Source: Takakia lepidozioides (Eukaryota > Plantae > Bryophyta). Taken from it: a DNA stretch of 64,000 nucleotides. The notes under the pieces are model-generated. The model was not told where the DNA came from and made no database searches. It saw nothing but the letters and a program-made list of their open reading frames with translations. The first letter of the stretch is position 1. Each line of letters begins with the position of its first letter. This document shows positions 1 through 12,900 of the stretch, in pieces. The DNA is taken from the NCBI GenBank assembly GCA_030704615.1, contig CM060731.1, positions 63,612,001-63,676,000 of the forward strand, in the 5' to 3' direction. A program made the translations under genes and the position numbers.

Positions 1-2526
1 AGTGTCTTTGGACAGAAATCCAAACATTTGGCACAGTTAAAACTTTGCTTACAAGCCTGCAGAAACAATGGAGTAAGTCTCAACCCGGAAAAATGTACAT
101 TCTGTGTGAATTCAGGATTATTATTGGGACACATTGGGTGCCAACAGGGAATTCTGGTAGATCCAAAGAAAGTGGAGGTTATTTAGAAAATACCACCACC
201 AGAAAATCCCAAGAAACTCGAGAGATTTCTAGGACAGACGAGCTATTACAGACGGTACATGGACAAATATGCTCACAGAGCGGCACCAGTCTATAGACTG
301 CTGAAGCAAGATGCCGAATATCGATGGTCTCCAGCTTGCCAGGAATCATTTGATTCACTAAAAAGGGCACTCACAGCAGCACCAATTCTGATAAATCCAA
401 GATGGGATTTAACATTTCATGTACACAGTGATGCATCAAGCATTGCTTTGGGAGCGGTTCTAGCTCAGAATGTGACAGGCACAATAGATTCACCAATCTA
501 TTATGCAAGCAAATTATTGACAGCAGCAGAAAAGAACTATAGCACCATAGAAAGGGAAGCATTGGCAATGATTTATGCTGTTCAAAAATTTCGGCATTAT
601 TTACTTGGCAATCGCTTTAAGTTTATTGTTGATCATCAGGCTCTAGTTCATTTAGCAAATTGACCACTAGCTAGTGGCAGGGTTGCTCGATGGTTATTAC
701 TTCTTCATGAGTATGACTTTGAAGTTGTTCATAAACCAGGGAGATTACATGTTACAGTAGAACATGTGTCAAGGATTACTACATGAGAACCAGCCACGGG
801 GGTAGAGGATCAACTCCCCGATGCATTTCTGTTTGCTGTTCAACCAGAAGCACCAGATGAAGAGACAGATCCTATAAATGCTCTGGGAATGTTTCAAGGA
901 GACTATGACCTTCCAGATGCTCTCAAACTCATGGACGACACGAATGAAGAAGAAGATTCATCCGATGAAGATGAACCTCTTGATGAAGGACTTATTATTG
1001 AAGAAGAGCCAGATCCAGAAGAAGAAGATAACAATGAAAACGAAGAAACAAACAATCAAGAATTGGCCAATATCAGTATTGGAGCTTATACAGTCACCAA
1101 AGAAGAATCAGAAGATATTCAGGATCAAGATCAAGATGATTGGCAATGGCCAATCAAATACTATCTGAACACAGGAAAATTTCCTGAAGATTACACCAAA
1201 GACGACAGGAGGAAACTTTCAATGAAAAGCAAGCCATACACATTAATCAAAGGGATTCTGTACAAAAGAGGAATTGACTCCATAATGAGAAGATGTGTAA
1301 ACAAAGACCAAGCCAAAACAGTAATGCAAGAACTACACGAAGGAATTGCAGGTGGACACTTCAGTTCGGACCTGACAGCAAAGAAAATATTACTAGCAGG
1401 CTATTGGTGGCCTACTATATTTGGAGATACATATGAACACTGTCAATAGTGTGATGTCTGCCAGAGGATGGGACCAGTAGAACGAACGGGGAAGGGGACT
1501 CTGCATCCAATACTACCAACAGAACCATTTCAGCGCTGGGGGCTAGACTTTGTGGGACCCATTAAACCTCCAGCAAGGTACACACAAAACCAATACATCC
1601 TCACAGCCACTGACTACACTACCAAATGGGTAGAGGCCAAGGCACTAAGAGTCAACACTGCCAGATCAACAGCCAAATTCTTATATGAAAACATCATCAC
1701 ACGATTTGGTTGCCCACTGGAATTCGTCAGTGATCAGGGATCACATTTCATAAATGATGCCATAAAATGTTTGACGGAGGAGTTCATGATTGTACATCAC
1801 AAGAGTACTGCTTACTATCCTCAAGAAAACGGTCAGGCCGAATCTACCAACAAAATATTATGCACTATCTTAACCAAGATAGTAAATGCCAATCGTACAG
1901 ATTGGGACACCAAATTGAACACAGCACTATGGGCATTCAAGACATCATACAAGGTGACCACGAAGCATACACCATTTCAACTGGTGTATGGAGCAGAGGC
2001 ACTATTACCTATTGAATGTATGATACCCACACTACGAACCGGAACTCATGAACGATGGGGTTTAGAAGAATCCTTACGAGTCAGGGAATATGAGTTATTC
2101 CATTTGGAAGAAGTTCAAGCAGATGCCGCAGATAATATGGCACGGATTCAGGAACAACGAAGGAAAAGAATATCCGAAGGGAAAGAGAAATCTTTCCAGG
2201 ACGGGGACATTGTATTATGGTTACCAAAAATGAAGGAGATCAAACTGGGCGGAAAATTGAAAATGCCATGGATGGGACCATTTCAAATCAAAAGGGTACA
2301 TGACAATGGAATTGTTGATTTGCAAACCTTGGAACAAGAATTTGTGGGACGAATTAATATTAACAAGTTAAAAGGCTACCAGGGAATACATGACAAAGCC
2401 CTTATACATGATTTATACGCCAATGAGGAAGATCAAACTGAAGATGAGGAGCGCGAAACCACCAATGCCTACTACATTCATCACGACACGGTGAATCAGC
2501 ATGTACTAAGACAAGTGGCAACATGA
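1..2526 (+). pseudogene. Ty3/gypsy pol 3' part (end of RT, RNase H, integrase), degenerate
   Basis: RNase H motifs HSDASS, YSTIEREALA, IVDHQAL (259-663); integrase zinc-binding LHEG...GHF...GYWWP and core [27 protein letters not shown] (889-2526); in-frame stops at 661 and 1447 and frameshifts. Confidence 0.93.
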
Positions 2527-3309
2527 ATTCAAGGCACCACGACGGCTAGACCACCATTTATGTGGAGGACAGCATTACCACCCCGTATACCGTATGGTGA
2601 ACCGTGGCCAGCACAGATGCCCTACTGAATAGTGAACGAATACGAAACGGCCAACGAGTCACTGCTTGTGTTAAACTCCGAGATGTACGCTCCAGATCAT
2701 CCCACCGACAGTGGTAATCATACACCACTACCCTTCGATCATAACATAGAGGCAGAATGACGGCGCAATCCAATGGATTGCCAAAGGACGGCGGATGATA
2801 AGGGCAAAACCATTAAACCAAGCTGCAAGTACTGCGCCCACGCCGCCCATCTAAAAACGGACCACATACCAAAGTGGATGAACACAGCTCAGAGGGATGA
2901 ACATAAACTGACCGAAACTGGACAATCATCAACGACCATCAGTTCTAAACAAAACAAATCACGAAGAAAAAATCAACGGAAGAAAATCAAGCACAAAAGG
3001 GATGAAGTTTTCTCAAAACCGTTACCTGAGGCTAAATGCTTCTTGGTAAGCCTGGGCCCAGCAATTAAAGCTAACTACGCTTTAAACCTAGGCAACCAGC
3101 AGGACAGAATTACCTCCACGAGAACCTCGAGAGAAGTTAGAGGAGAAACCTACAGAGAGGAACCCCTACTTAAACCCAGGAGCGAACTCCTCACCTTCTC
3201 TTCCGCAAACTGGAAATTGTTGTATACACAACTTCCAGTGTGCTTCATACTCCTTGTGATACAGGAATTGGTGCTCCAATTCCTTACAGCAACCGAGAGA
3301 CTAAGAGAA

Positions 3310-5770
3310 ATGGCAGGCACCAAGCGGAAGGCACCAAGTTCTTATGCGCAAGTCAATTTCAAAATCAGCCCGGCGTTGCGGAAGATTGAGCAGGACACAG
3401 AGACACAGGAGACGTTGGACAGTCTTGGCCTGCAATACTTCATCACCACGCTGGACTGGAACCTCAAGCACGACGAGCTATGCAGGGAGTTCTTGGAGAA
3501 TTACAACACCGGGACTCGGAGCACAAATGTCCACGACACGCACATCCTGCTGACAGAGAAGTACTTGGCAGAAGTATTTCACCTTCCCAGTCTGGACGTA
3601 CCACCGCACACCGGCAAACCTCCAAGGTTTGTATTTGCAGATTTGTTTGAGAATCTCAACCAAGCAGATCAAGGCTATACATGCAGTCACAGCAAAAACC
3701 TTGGCTTCAGGAAGATAGCCCCAGTACTTAGCACATTGCTTTGCCTCAGGCAAAACCATAGCTACTGTACCAAGGAGCTAATCGACCAAGTGTTGATTTG
3801 CTTCAATGGGCAAATTGTGAATTGGGCAAGCTTCTTATTGAAGAATTTAACTCAAGAACTGACCAGGTTGACAAAGAAGAATAAGGAAGCAACTGTTACC
3901 ATGGCGACTCCCTTGTTATTCCAGATGATTCGACACACTGTACACCTAACGGCCGAAGAGCAAACGACGTTGGGAATTATGCAACGAATAGACACAATGG
4001 AGGAAGAAGGAAGTGAGACGGCAGCAGGTCAGGAACAAGAAGAGGGCGGACTTGCAAAGAGAGCCCGGATCAACGAAGCAACCACAAGTGCAGCAGCAGA
4101 GGACATCATCAACTCGACGGCTGATTCCCCAGTACACAGAGAAGGGGAGAATCAACAACCAGAAAGAGGGAACAAACCACAGACCAACGAAGCAACGCCC
4201 ATGGAAATTAGCCATGGCAACACCGAAGCACAGCAAACAGCACACACAGAGGAGGGAGACATAGTGGCGCAGCAACAGCAGATAGTGCAACAGGCACCCG
4301 ACCAGCAGCAACAGCAGATGGTGCAAGAGGCACCAAGTCAGCAGCAGCAAGACAGAAATTCCAATTTGGAATTACTACTAGCACAACAAGTTCTAGATAC
4401 AACAACATGGGACACAGGGTTGGAGGAAGCACCACAGAATGTCATTCTGCAAGCAATACAAACATTGGGGCAACTGACAGCTTGTATGGACAGGGCCAAG
4501 GATTACATCAGCCCGGAAAACCTGAGCATGATCTTAGACCACATCAAAGAGAAGCACCAGAGGGAATTGGCCACTGCAAGAACAGTATGTAACCATGAGG
4601 TTACAATTGCAGCATTAGAAGATCAAAAGTCGACCTTACTCCGCCAATACAACACGTTGGCACAACGCAGAGATGAATGGGAGAAAAAGTGGGAAAGACA
4701 GAGGAACGAAACACGCCATGTCCAGGCCGACCTCAATGCAGAGCGAGAGAGATCTCGGAAAACAGAGACAGAGGTGGAAACACTCACAGGACAGGTGCAA
4801 ACGTTAAAGCAGCAGGTGGAGACACTTAAGGGGCAGCTGAGGACTGCCAGAGATCAGGGAACCAAGTGGCTCAATAGCAACAATACACTGCTGAAGGAAA
4901 GGGAGAATGCTGAGAGCAGGTTGTTTACCGCCACCACAGAAAGAGACATTGCCATGGGCAATGAACAAGAATGGAAGCAGCAACTGGAGAAGTTGACATT
5001 GCAAGCAGGGTTGGATGCAGCAGACGCAGCCTTAGCCAGAGCCTGATTGAATGAAGGGAGTGAATTGGAGATGAAGAAACTCAACAGGGCAATGGTGAGG
5101 CAGATGGAGTGCCAGTTGGCAAAATTTGTGACAAACATTCATGAGGAGTTCCTGCCACCAATTCCAGAACAAGATGAGGTCATGGACGAAGAGGAGCAAG
5201 AGGAGCAAGATCACGAACGAGAGACACCAATACAATCAACAACAACAACACCAACACAAACACCACCAAGCCAACAGACACTGGTACAGGCCACAACAGG
5301 GCCATCTACTCAAGAGGTAAACCCTGTAACACTACCAAGTGTCCTGGTAGCATCAACTTCAGTAGCAGTGGATGATTTCCAAATCATGCCATGCAAGCAT
5401 GATGGGGAGTGGTTAAAGTATTCAGAGGAATACTTTAAAATCATGGTAGTACCAGCCCACCAAATCCCAGAAATAATGGAGAAGGTTTTCAAAGCCTTAA
5501 CTCCCTACAAATCATTGGGTCAATTACATCTGCTCAATTACATCTGCTCAATCAAACTCTTATTCCTCTGAGATATAGGATGAGGCCACTGGCTAAGGAG
5601 GAGACATGGTCAAGGGCAGAATTGGTTGAATTCTGGCGCCAGGCTCCCCTGGAATACAAGGAGTTGGTAGCTTACATGTGGGCAGTGGGGCAATTGAAGA
5701 TTAATCCTACCCCAGCAGTAACCATTGTGATGGGATGCCCAAGTTCTTATATTGGCAGTTACTTGTACCG
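3310..5770 (+). pseudogene. Additional ORF 3' of gypsy pol (plant-transposon-type N-terminal domain, Q/E-rich linker, long coiled coil)
   Basis: ORFs 2773-5046 and 5047-5571 are in frame across one TGA; ORF 5580 joins after removing a 14-bp tandem duplication (5521-5548); likely start MAGTKRK at 3310; LCREFLENYN...LAEVFHLP resembles extra ORFs of non-chromovirus gypsy elements. Confidence 0.6.
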
Positions 5771-5771
5771 C

Positions 5772-8120
5772 GGGCACCACTCAAGTGTTCGATACAAGAA
5801 GGTTGGAAAACGAAGATGTCCACTCACAGTAGAGACCATGCGGCTGGACACCCCAAATTCCTCAAGAAAAAAAAAATCTTTTTCTACCTCCAGACCCTGT
5901 ACCTTGTTTCATAGTTCCAGTAAAAATCAGGATGCAAAATCGAGATATCTCCGTAGAAGCACTTTTGGACTCAGGTGCTTTAGCGTGTTTTATTGACAAA
6001 GACTTTGCGAAACAACACAATTTAACGCTCGTAAGAAAGAAATTCTCGGCCCCTGTTGAAGTCATCGATGGACGACCGTTAGCATTAGGAAATATTGACC
6101 ATGAAACTCGACCCCTTGAAGTGAAGCTTAAAAATCAAGCATCACAGATTGTTTTCAATGTCATCCAGTCTCCAACGAATCATGTGATCCTTGGATTTCC
6201 TTGGTTTGTACTTCATAATCGTGACATCGACTGGCGATCACGAAAATTTTTGGCAAGATAAAAATGCAAAAGTACCAAAGGTATTCAACCCCTGTTTCTT
6301 GGAGCTAGAGCCTTCATGAGAGCTACGAAGAAAGACGCGACATTTGCACTTTATGCGACTCCGATCAAAACCACAACAGACCAAGGTACTTCGACATTAC
6401 CCACTCAATATCAAGATTTCAAGGATGTCTTCGAGAAGAAAAATGCAGACATGTTGCCAGAACATCGACCTTATGATTGTGCAATTGAGTTGCAAGAATG
6501 AGCTCAACCACCATTCGGCCCGATCTACAATTTATCTCAGACGGAGCTGGCTGCTTTACGCGAATACATTGATGAAAATTTGTCAAAGAATTCCATTCGA
6601 CATTCGAAATCACCCGCGGGAGCACATATCTTATTTGTGAAGAAGAAGGACGGATCGTTACGCATGTGTGTGGACTATCGTGGGCTCAACAAAGTCACTA
6701 TAAAAAATCGTTACCCACTACCGCTGATTTCCGGACTCCTCGAACAACTTGAACGAGCAATATTTTTCAACAAGATCGACTTGAGAGAAGCTTACAACCT
6801 TGTACGAATAAAAAAAGGAGACGAATGGAAGAGTGTTTTTCGGACAAGATATGGACATTTCGAATACAGTTTTATGCCTTTCGGTCTTACAAATGCTCCA
6901 GCAATTTTTCAACACATGATGAATGACATCTTTCGAGAATTTTTAAATGACTTTGTAGTCATCTATTTGGACGACATTTTAATATTTTCACAGAATGAAG
7001 AAGAACATGGTCGTCATGTACGCCTTGTCCTTGATAAATTGAGGGAAAAATGACTATATGCCAAGTTGGAAAAAATGTCTTTTCCACCAATCTAAAGTCA
7101 AATTTTTGGGCTACATTATTTCCGACAAATGAGTCTTTATGGATCAGAAGAAAATACAAACCATCATCGAGTGGGTTAAACCAACTTCGGTCCAAGATGT
7201 ACAATGTTTTCTAGGATTTGCAAATTTTTATAGAGTCTTCATCAAGGACTACTCCAAAATTACTGCCCTTATGATACGACCCACAGAGAAGGACAACTTT
7301 GTATGGAACGAGAAGGCTGACCAAGCATTTGAAAGGCTGAAGCAGACATTTACAACGGCTCCAATACTGGTACATGCAGACCGATCTAAACCATTCTTTT
7401 TGGAAGCAGATGCATCGTACTTTGCACTTGGCGGGGTACTCTCTCAATACGGTACAGATGGCCGACTTCATCCTGTTGGTTTTCATTCTCGTAAATTTTC
7501 CGCTGCGGAGATCAATTATGAAATCCATGACAAAGAACTTCTAGCGGTTATCGATGTTTTTGAGGAGTGGCGTCATCTATTGGAGGGAGCTAAACATCAT
7601 GTCACTGTCTATACCGATCACAAAAACCTCGAGTATTTAATGAGTGCTCGTGTTTTGAATCGACGTCAAGCAAGATGGAGTATATCACTAGCAAGGTTTG
7701 ATTATGTTATTACCTACCGTCCCGGACATCTTCAAGGAAAACCAGATGCTCTTTCTCGACGATCGTATCTTGCGCCAAACGAAGGGGATGCAGCTTTTGA
7801 CGAACAGAAATCCATCATCTTAAAACCAGCAAATCTCCAATTGAATATGCTATCCATGTCCACCTATGACGATGCAGAGATCATAAAGGAGATTCAGGAA
7901 GCACTGAAGAGCGACCAATTTGCTACGACACTACAAAGTCAACTAAATCGACCTCGAGACAACCCACATGTTACAAACGACTTCGAGTTCAAAGATGACT
8001 TACTTTATTTCAAGGGACTTCTCTATGTACCCCCATGACCTACACGACTTCGAATTCTTCAAATATGTCATGATCTTCCGGCTGTAGGACATTTCAGCTT
8101 CAACAAAACAATGGAATTAA
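5772..8120 (+). mobile_element. Tf1/Tcn1-type chromovirus gypsy pol fragment (gag end, protease, RT, RNase H), degenerate
   Basis: Protease LLDSGA; [27 protein letters not shown]; RNase H EADAS, DKELLA, TDHKNL; 5' part closely matches 11903-12160. Confidence 0.93.
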
Positions 8121-8184
8121 CATGGTAACTTGATAACTTCTGGTATTTACTCCTGGTAAGTTCCTCTGGGCTATGTCCGTGACA
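8121..8184 (-). repeat. Truncated 5' end of the TGTCACGGACATAGCCC LTR family, inverted
   Basis: Reverse complement of the LTR start seen at 10328 and 29797. Confidence 0.85.
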
Positions 8185-8469
8185 GTTATAGACCTGTAAT
8201 TGGAAATCTGCTTTCCGTCCCCCTTTTTGTATAATAGAGTTATCACCCCCTGAGCCATTTGTCTTGGCAATGGACCTTTGTTTTCTTAACCTCGTTTGCC
8301 ATTGCATAGAAGTAATATTTGGAAATAACCTCCCAAAGTGTGCTATAAAGGAGGAAAGAATGTCGAAATACTTCTTCGAAAAAGTGTAGGTTTGCAGATT
8401 ATCCTAGATTATCTCAGAGCTGCAGGACCCACTGGGTCATCTTTCCTCGGATCCCAAAATTTGATCTCT

Positions 8470-10327
8470 ACGGCTCATTTCCACTTCGCTGGGCTCTTCA
8501 AACAAAGACCAGAAACCCAAAGCATTTCATCAGCCAGAGCAGCCTGCCTGCAAAGCCATCAAACCAAGCTCTCCCAATCAAGCGCTGCCTCATTGGATGG
8601 TAAGTTTACTGAAACAGAACTTTCAAAAGCCTTGGAATCGATGTCAAAACGTAAATCCCCGAGCATGGATGGAATGCTAGTAGAATTTAGCCCAGTTGAT
8701 ACCAGCCTGCAGCTTGAACTTTTGCTCCCTCAGAGAATCGAAGGCTTCCAGGTTCTGCCTGGCTTCATGATAAGTTTGTAAGGATAGAGTATCTTATTTT
8801 CCGAGTTCAAGGAGCCTTTGGCAAGTTCCAAGACATTTCTTGAGTGCTTTGGCTTTGCGTTGCCTTTGGATTGCAATCTGGGCTGTGATGGCTGTTTGCT
8901 TCAGTTTGGCTTGAAACCTTTCAATAGGGCAAATAACCCCGTTGGCTGTTGTGGCCCATGCCGATTGAAGAGCAAGTTTAAAGGCAGAAAAAGGCAGCAA
9001 GGATGAATTGAGCTTTAAACCAACCTTTGCCCCTTTTTGGCAGGTTAGGGAGATTGATTTGGCAAGAGATGCTGGCGTGGTCGAACTCCTGATAAATAGG
9101 CTCTTGCGGGAGCATTGTCTGGGCGAGAGGTAAAGCCTGTCCAACCTAGCCATACAGACATCTGGACCTGTCCTATTATTTGTCCATGTGAAACAAGGGT
9201 GACTGTTAGCTACCCTAGCCCTATGTGGTTTAGACAACGAGAAGTTATTTCTAATTCTTTGCCATGAAATGGCTTCCCCATCACTTAGACCTGGGGTATC
9301 AGCACCGAGCCTATCCATCATATTTTCAACCATGTTAAGGTCACCCATTAGTAGCCAGTGCTCCACTGAGACCTCGGCCTCCATTTTTGAGTGAAGGACC
9401 TTTGTTCGAAACTGAGCCTGTTGTGTACACCACAGTTCCGAACTGCTTTTTTTCCGGACCCATATGTCACATAGCGGTGGCAAATTAGAGCACAAGTGCT
9501 CCACGTTTATAAGGGCCATAACCTGTTGGATGGGCTGTCACTTAAACCAGGGTATGCCTTGATGTAGGATGCCCACGAGATTGGAACCTCCCATGCTAGT
9601 GAGAATTGGGGCAAATGAATTTGAAAGTATTCTTCAATCTTTCTCATGAGCGTGGGAATTGGATTATCATCTATTGGCTATTTGATAACAAATTTACGAA
9701 TTCCATAGTGGTGATCCAAAGGGATTCCATCCCTTCTCTGTCTGGAGACGTGATCAAAATTCTAGGTTCGTCTTTGTTGCAGAATATTAGCGGGGTTATG
9801 CATGCTGCCTGAGGCTCTTTTGATGAGGCCAATTGAGTACACCCTCGAAGAGAGATGGCGGGAAATATTCGCAATCTCAAGCAAATGCTAGCAATTATGG
9901 GATTGAGTGAAATTCCTATGCTTGCATCTGGATCTTGAAAGTCGATTGATCTCATGGGCGTCTTGGAGTTGGAAGGGAGATCTATGATTTCTGGTATACG
10001 ATGTAACATTGTGGGTGTTACTGGGCTGTCTTCAGAGTCAATAAGAACCGTTGTGGATGTGACGATTGGCCCTGGTTGAGGGAATGCCTGAACCCTGGGA
10101 CTCGGGAGCCTCCATGATCGCAGTATGCTGCTGCAGCTCCGGAATTGGCGACCACAAGATGGCAGCCGACAGGCCCTCTCTTTCATGGATGTATTGGAGG
10201 GAGGACCTAGTGTTCACAACTGATATGGAGATATCATTTTCCAGCTCCATAGGGTCAACTGGCCTGCAGTGTTTTTTAGCAACGGGTGCAGAAGCTGTTG
10301 ATGGAAGAACATTCATCATGACCCAGC
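8470..10327. mobile_element. Scrambled L1/Tx1-like LINE fragments (APE endonuclease on minus; RT-proximal piece on plus)
   Basis: Minus ORF 8794-9519 has WLLMGDLN and FTWTNNR...ARLDRLY; plus 8480-8690 has FTETELSKALESM..KSPSMDGM.VEF. Confidence 0.8.
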
Positions 10328-10891
10328 TGTCACGGACATAGCCCAAATGAACTTACCATGAGTAAATACCAGAAGTTACTAAGTTACCATGTTAGCAAAA
10401 GTTACTGTGATCTACCATGATCTACCATGATTTACCATAAGTTACCATAAGTTACTGAGAGTTTACCAAATTATCGAGAGTAACTTGGGAAACTGCTCAT
10501 GAAGCTTTCTTTGGAGGAAACTTCTCCATCAAGAAACCTCATTTGGGGAAGCCTCTTAGGGAATCTCCTAGTAGTCAGTATATATAGGAGGCGAGACTGG
10601 ACACTCTTCAGTCTCGCCAACATTAGTTCAAGCTACTCTTGTTTCCAGTTCCCAGTACTCCAATCCAGTTCCCAGTACTTTAGCCCAGTTTCCAGTATCT
10701 GGTACTCCAGTCCAGTTTCCAGCATTCCAGTCGTGTTCCAATATCTTGTACTCTTGTTCATTGTTATAAAGATTGTCTTGATTCTTATTTACTCATCATG
10801 CATTCGGCCACGCCGACCTTGATTTCTTGTCTAGTCTTGTACCTCTGGTCTGATCTCTTGTTTGTGTTCAGTCATGTTCTTGTCCTTGACA
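10328..10891 (+). repeat. 5' LTR of chromovirus gypsy element
   Basis: TGTCA...TGACA termini, TTACC repeats, TATATATAGG at ~10579; followed by gag; homologous to 29797-30368 and 33426-34040. Confidence 0.9.
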
Positions 10892-10929
10892 GTTTGACAA
10901 GACTAAAGTTTGTTCTTTGGTTAGTTAAG

Positions 10930-12160
10930 ATGGAAGACACATTTGCGGAAATGGTCGCCACATTGCAGAGTCTTCAGCTCCAGATGCAAGAACTTCGTGC
11001 CTCTACTGCCCAACTACAAGCTGATCAGTCTCAAAATCTTGGCAAAGCTCTCAACAATTTGCAACAACAAATTTCAGAGTTGAAGAAGTCGAACAATGGA
11101 TCTTCAACCTTACGAGTTCCTACTACAACAAATCTTACTTCAATGGTTCCTCCAAATCTTCAACAGATTACAAGGGAACCAAAGGTCAGTATGCCCGAAA
11201 AATTTGATGGGACAAGATTTTGCGGTTTTGTTCAACAAGTACGATAGTTCCTACGACTACATCCACAACGCTACCCTGATGAAGGTATTCAAGTGGGATT
11301 CGTGGGCACTTTTCTATCAGGCATTGCCCTATCTTGGTTTGCACCGCTATTAGAGAAAAATTCGCATTTACCATACAATTTTGAAGCATTCATGTCCAAG
11401 TTCACTGCAACGTTTGGAGAGAATGATAGAGAGAAAGTTGCAGAGACAAAGATAATCTTCGACAAGGAGTACGTCCAGCTTCCGTTTATACTGCCGAATT
11501 TCGACAACTGTGTGCGACCTCGACTGGAATGAGAAGAGCATCATAAGTCAGTTTCGATGTGGCCTAAAAGATGACGTAAAAAATTTGTTGCTGACAATGC
11601 CAAATGTGAGTACACTGAGCGAATTCATCACCCAAGTCATTGCATGCGATAATCGTTTGTTCGAAAGACATCAAGAGAAGCGATGTGGATGGTCGACGAC
11701 GCACCATGCCGCTACTACTACGGCACCAAACACAACGATCCATTAGACATCCGGTAATGATCTTATGCAGATTGATGCAGTCCGATTCAAGCAATTGACG
11801 CCACAAGAAAAACAAAGACGTCACTCGAATGGATTATGCCTTTATTGCGGAGAAGAGGATCACATAGCATTAAATTGCCCCAACAAGAGAAGATTCAAAG
11901 CTCGGGGCACAACTCAAGTGTTCGATACGAGGAGGTCGGAAAACGAAGATGTCCAGTCACAGTAGGGACCATGCGGCTGGACACCCCAAATTCCTCACCC
12001 AAAAAAGGTCTCTTTCTACCTCCAGACCTTGTACCTTGTTTCACAATTCCAGTAAAATCAGGATGCAAAATCAAGATATCTCCGTAGAAGCATTTTTGGA
12101 CTCGGGCGCTTCAGTGTGTTTTATTGACAAAGACTTTGCGAAGCAATACAATTTAACGCC
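10930..12160 (+). pseudogene. Chromovirus gag (zinc knuckle) and protease start, truncated
   Basis: EPKVSMPEKFDG, FLSGIALSWF, MQIDA, CLYCGEEDHIALNC (CCHC); FLDSGAS; frameshifts. Confidence 0.9.
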
Positions 12161-12164
12161 ACCC

Positions 12165-12900
12165 TGGACTTCTCTACCTACCTGGCTTAAGATGAACAGA
12201 TTCTTCTGGGTCTTGGGTAGACCCCTGGGTGAACTACCCCTTGACTTTGACGAGTGGTCTTGAAGCTTCTCCAGGGTGCCTCACCCTTCTTCACCTATAC
12301 AACAAAGAAGGGATACAAAGCCCTTCTCAATGCCCAACCAATGCAATCCAAATGGGATTCTAGGTGGCTTCATCAGGGATTCCTCAATGAGAAGTGGTCG
12401 ATCATTTGGGGATCAGTGTGGATCAAGACGAGGCCGGCCAAGGTGGCGGCCTTCCTTGGGCAATAGTTAATATAGTGCTTAAGGTAGGAGAGTGGCTTCA
12501 ATTCCACTCTTCTCTTCTATGTGCATGCTGCCCATCAGGTATTTTGGAAACCATTGAACATGCTCTGCTTTTCTGTCTCGATCCAAGAACTATCTGGCTT
12601 TTTATCAAGGATTTCTATCATCACCGGAGCCCTAGAGCAGCTATCTGTTTCTGACCTCTTGCTCAACTACGACCAAACAAAGATCCCTTACCTGCCCAGT
12701 ATTCGAAACTCTTTGCGGCTCGGTTCTTTGGCATCTCTGGAAGGCCAGATGCTCCAAAACTTCTGATGGTACCTATTCGATTTTTGCTATTCTAGCTCTT
12801 ATTTTCTATGATCTCAATATTGAATCCCACAAAGCATGGGCCAAACTTTGTGTAGACATGCAACGCAACTCTCGAGTAGCAACTACCATGCACAAAGCCT
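12165..12900 (+). mobile_element. LINE ORF2 3' fragment (zf-RVT region)
   Basis: YTTKKGYKAL...WSIIW...PAKVAAFL and CACC...ETIEHALLFC motifs. Confidence 0.7.

Noticed and set aside
2773-3309. N-terminal extension and hydrophobic stretch suggesting an env-like membrane protein
   Set aside because: The hydrophobic stretch coincides with a pyrimidine-rich splice-acceptor region; no signal peptide or C-terminal TM; ATG 3310 is the more plausible start.
11963-11970. Gag stop-codon read-through (TAG-G)
   Set aside because: The gag frame hits another stop before the protease; a -1 frameshift signal fits better.
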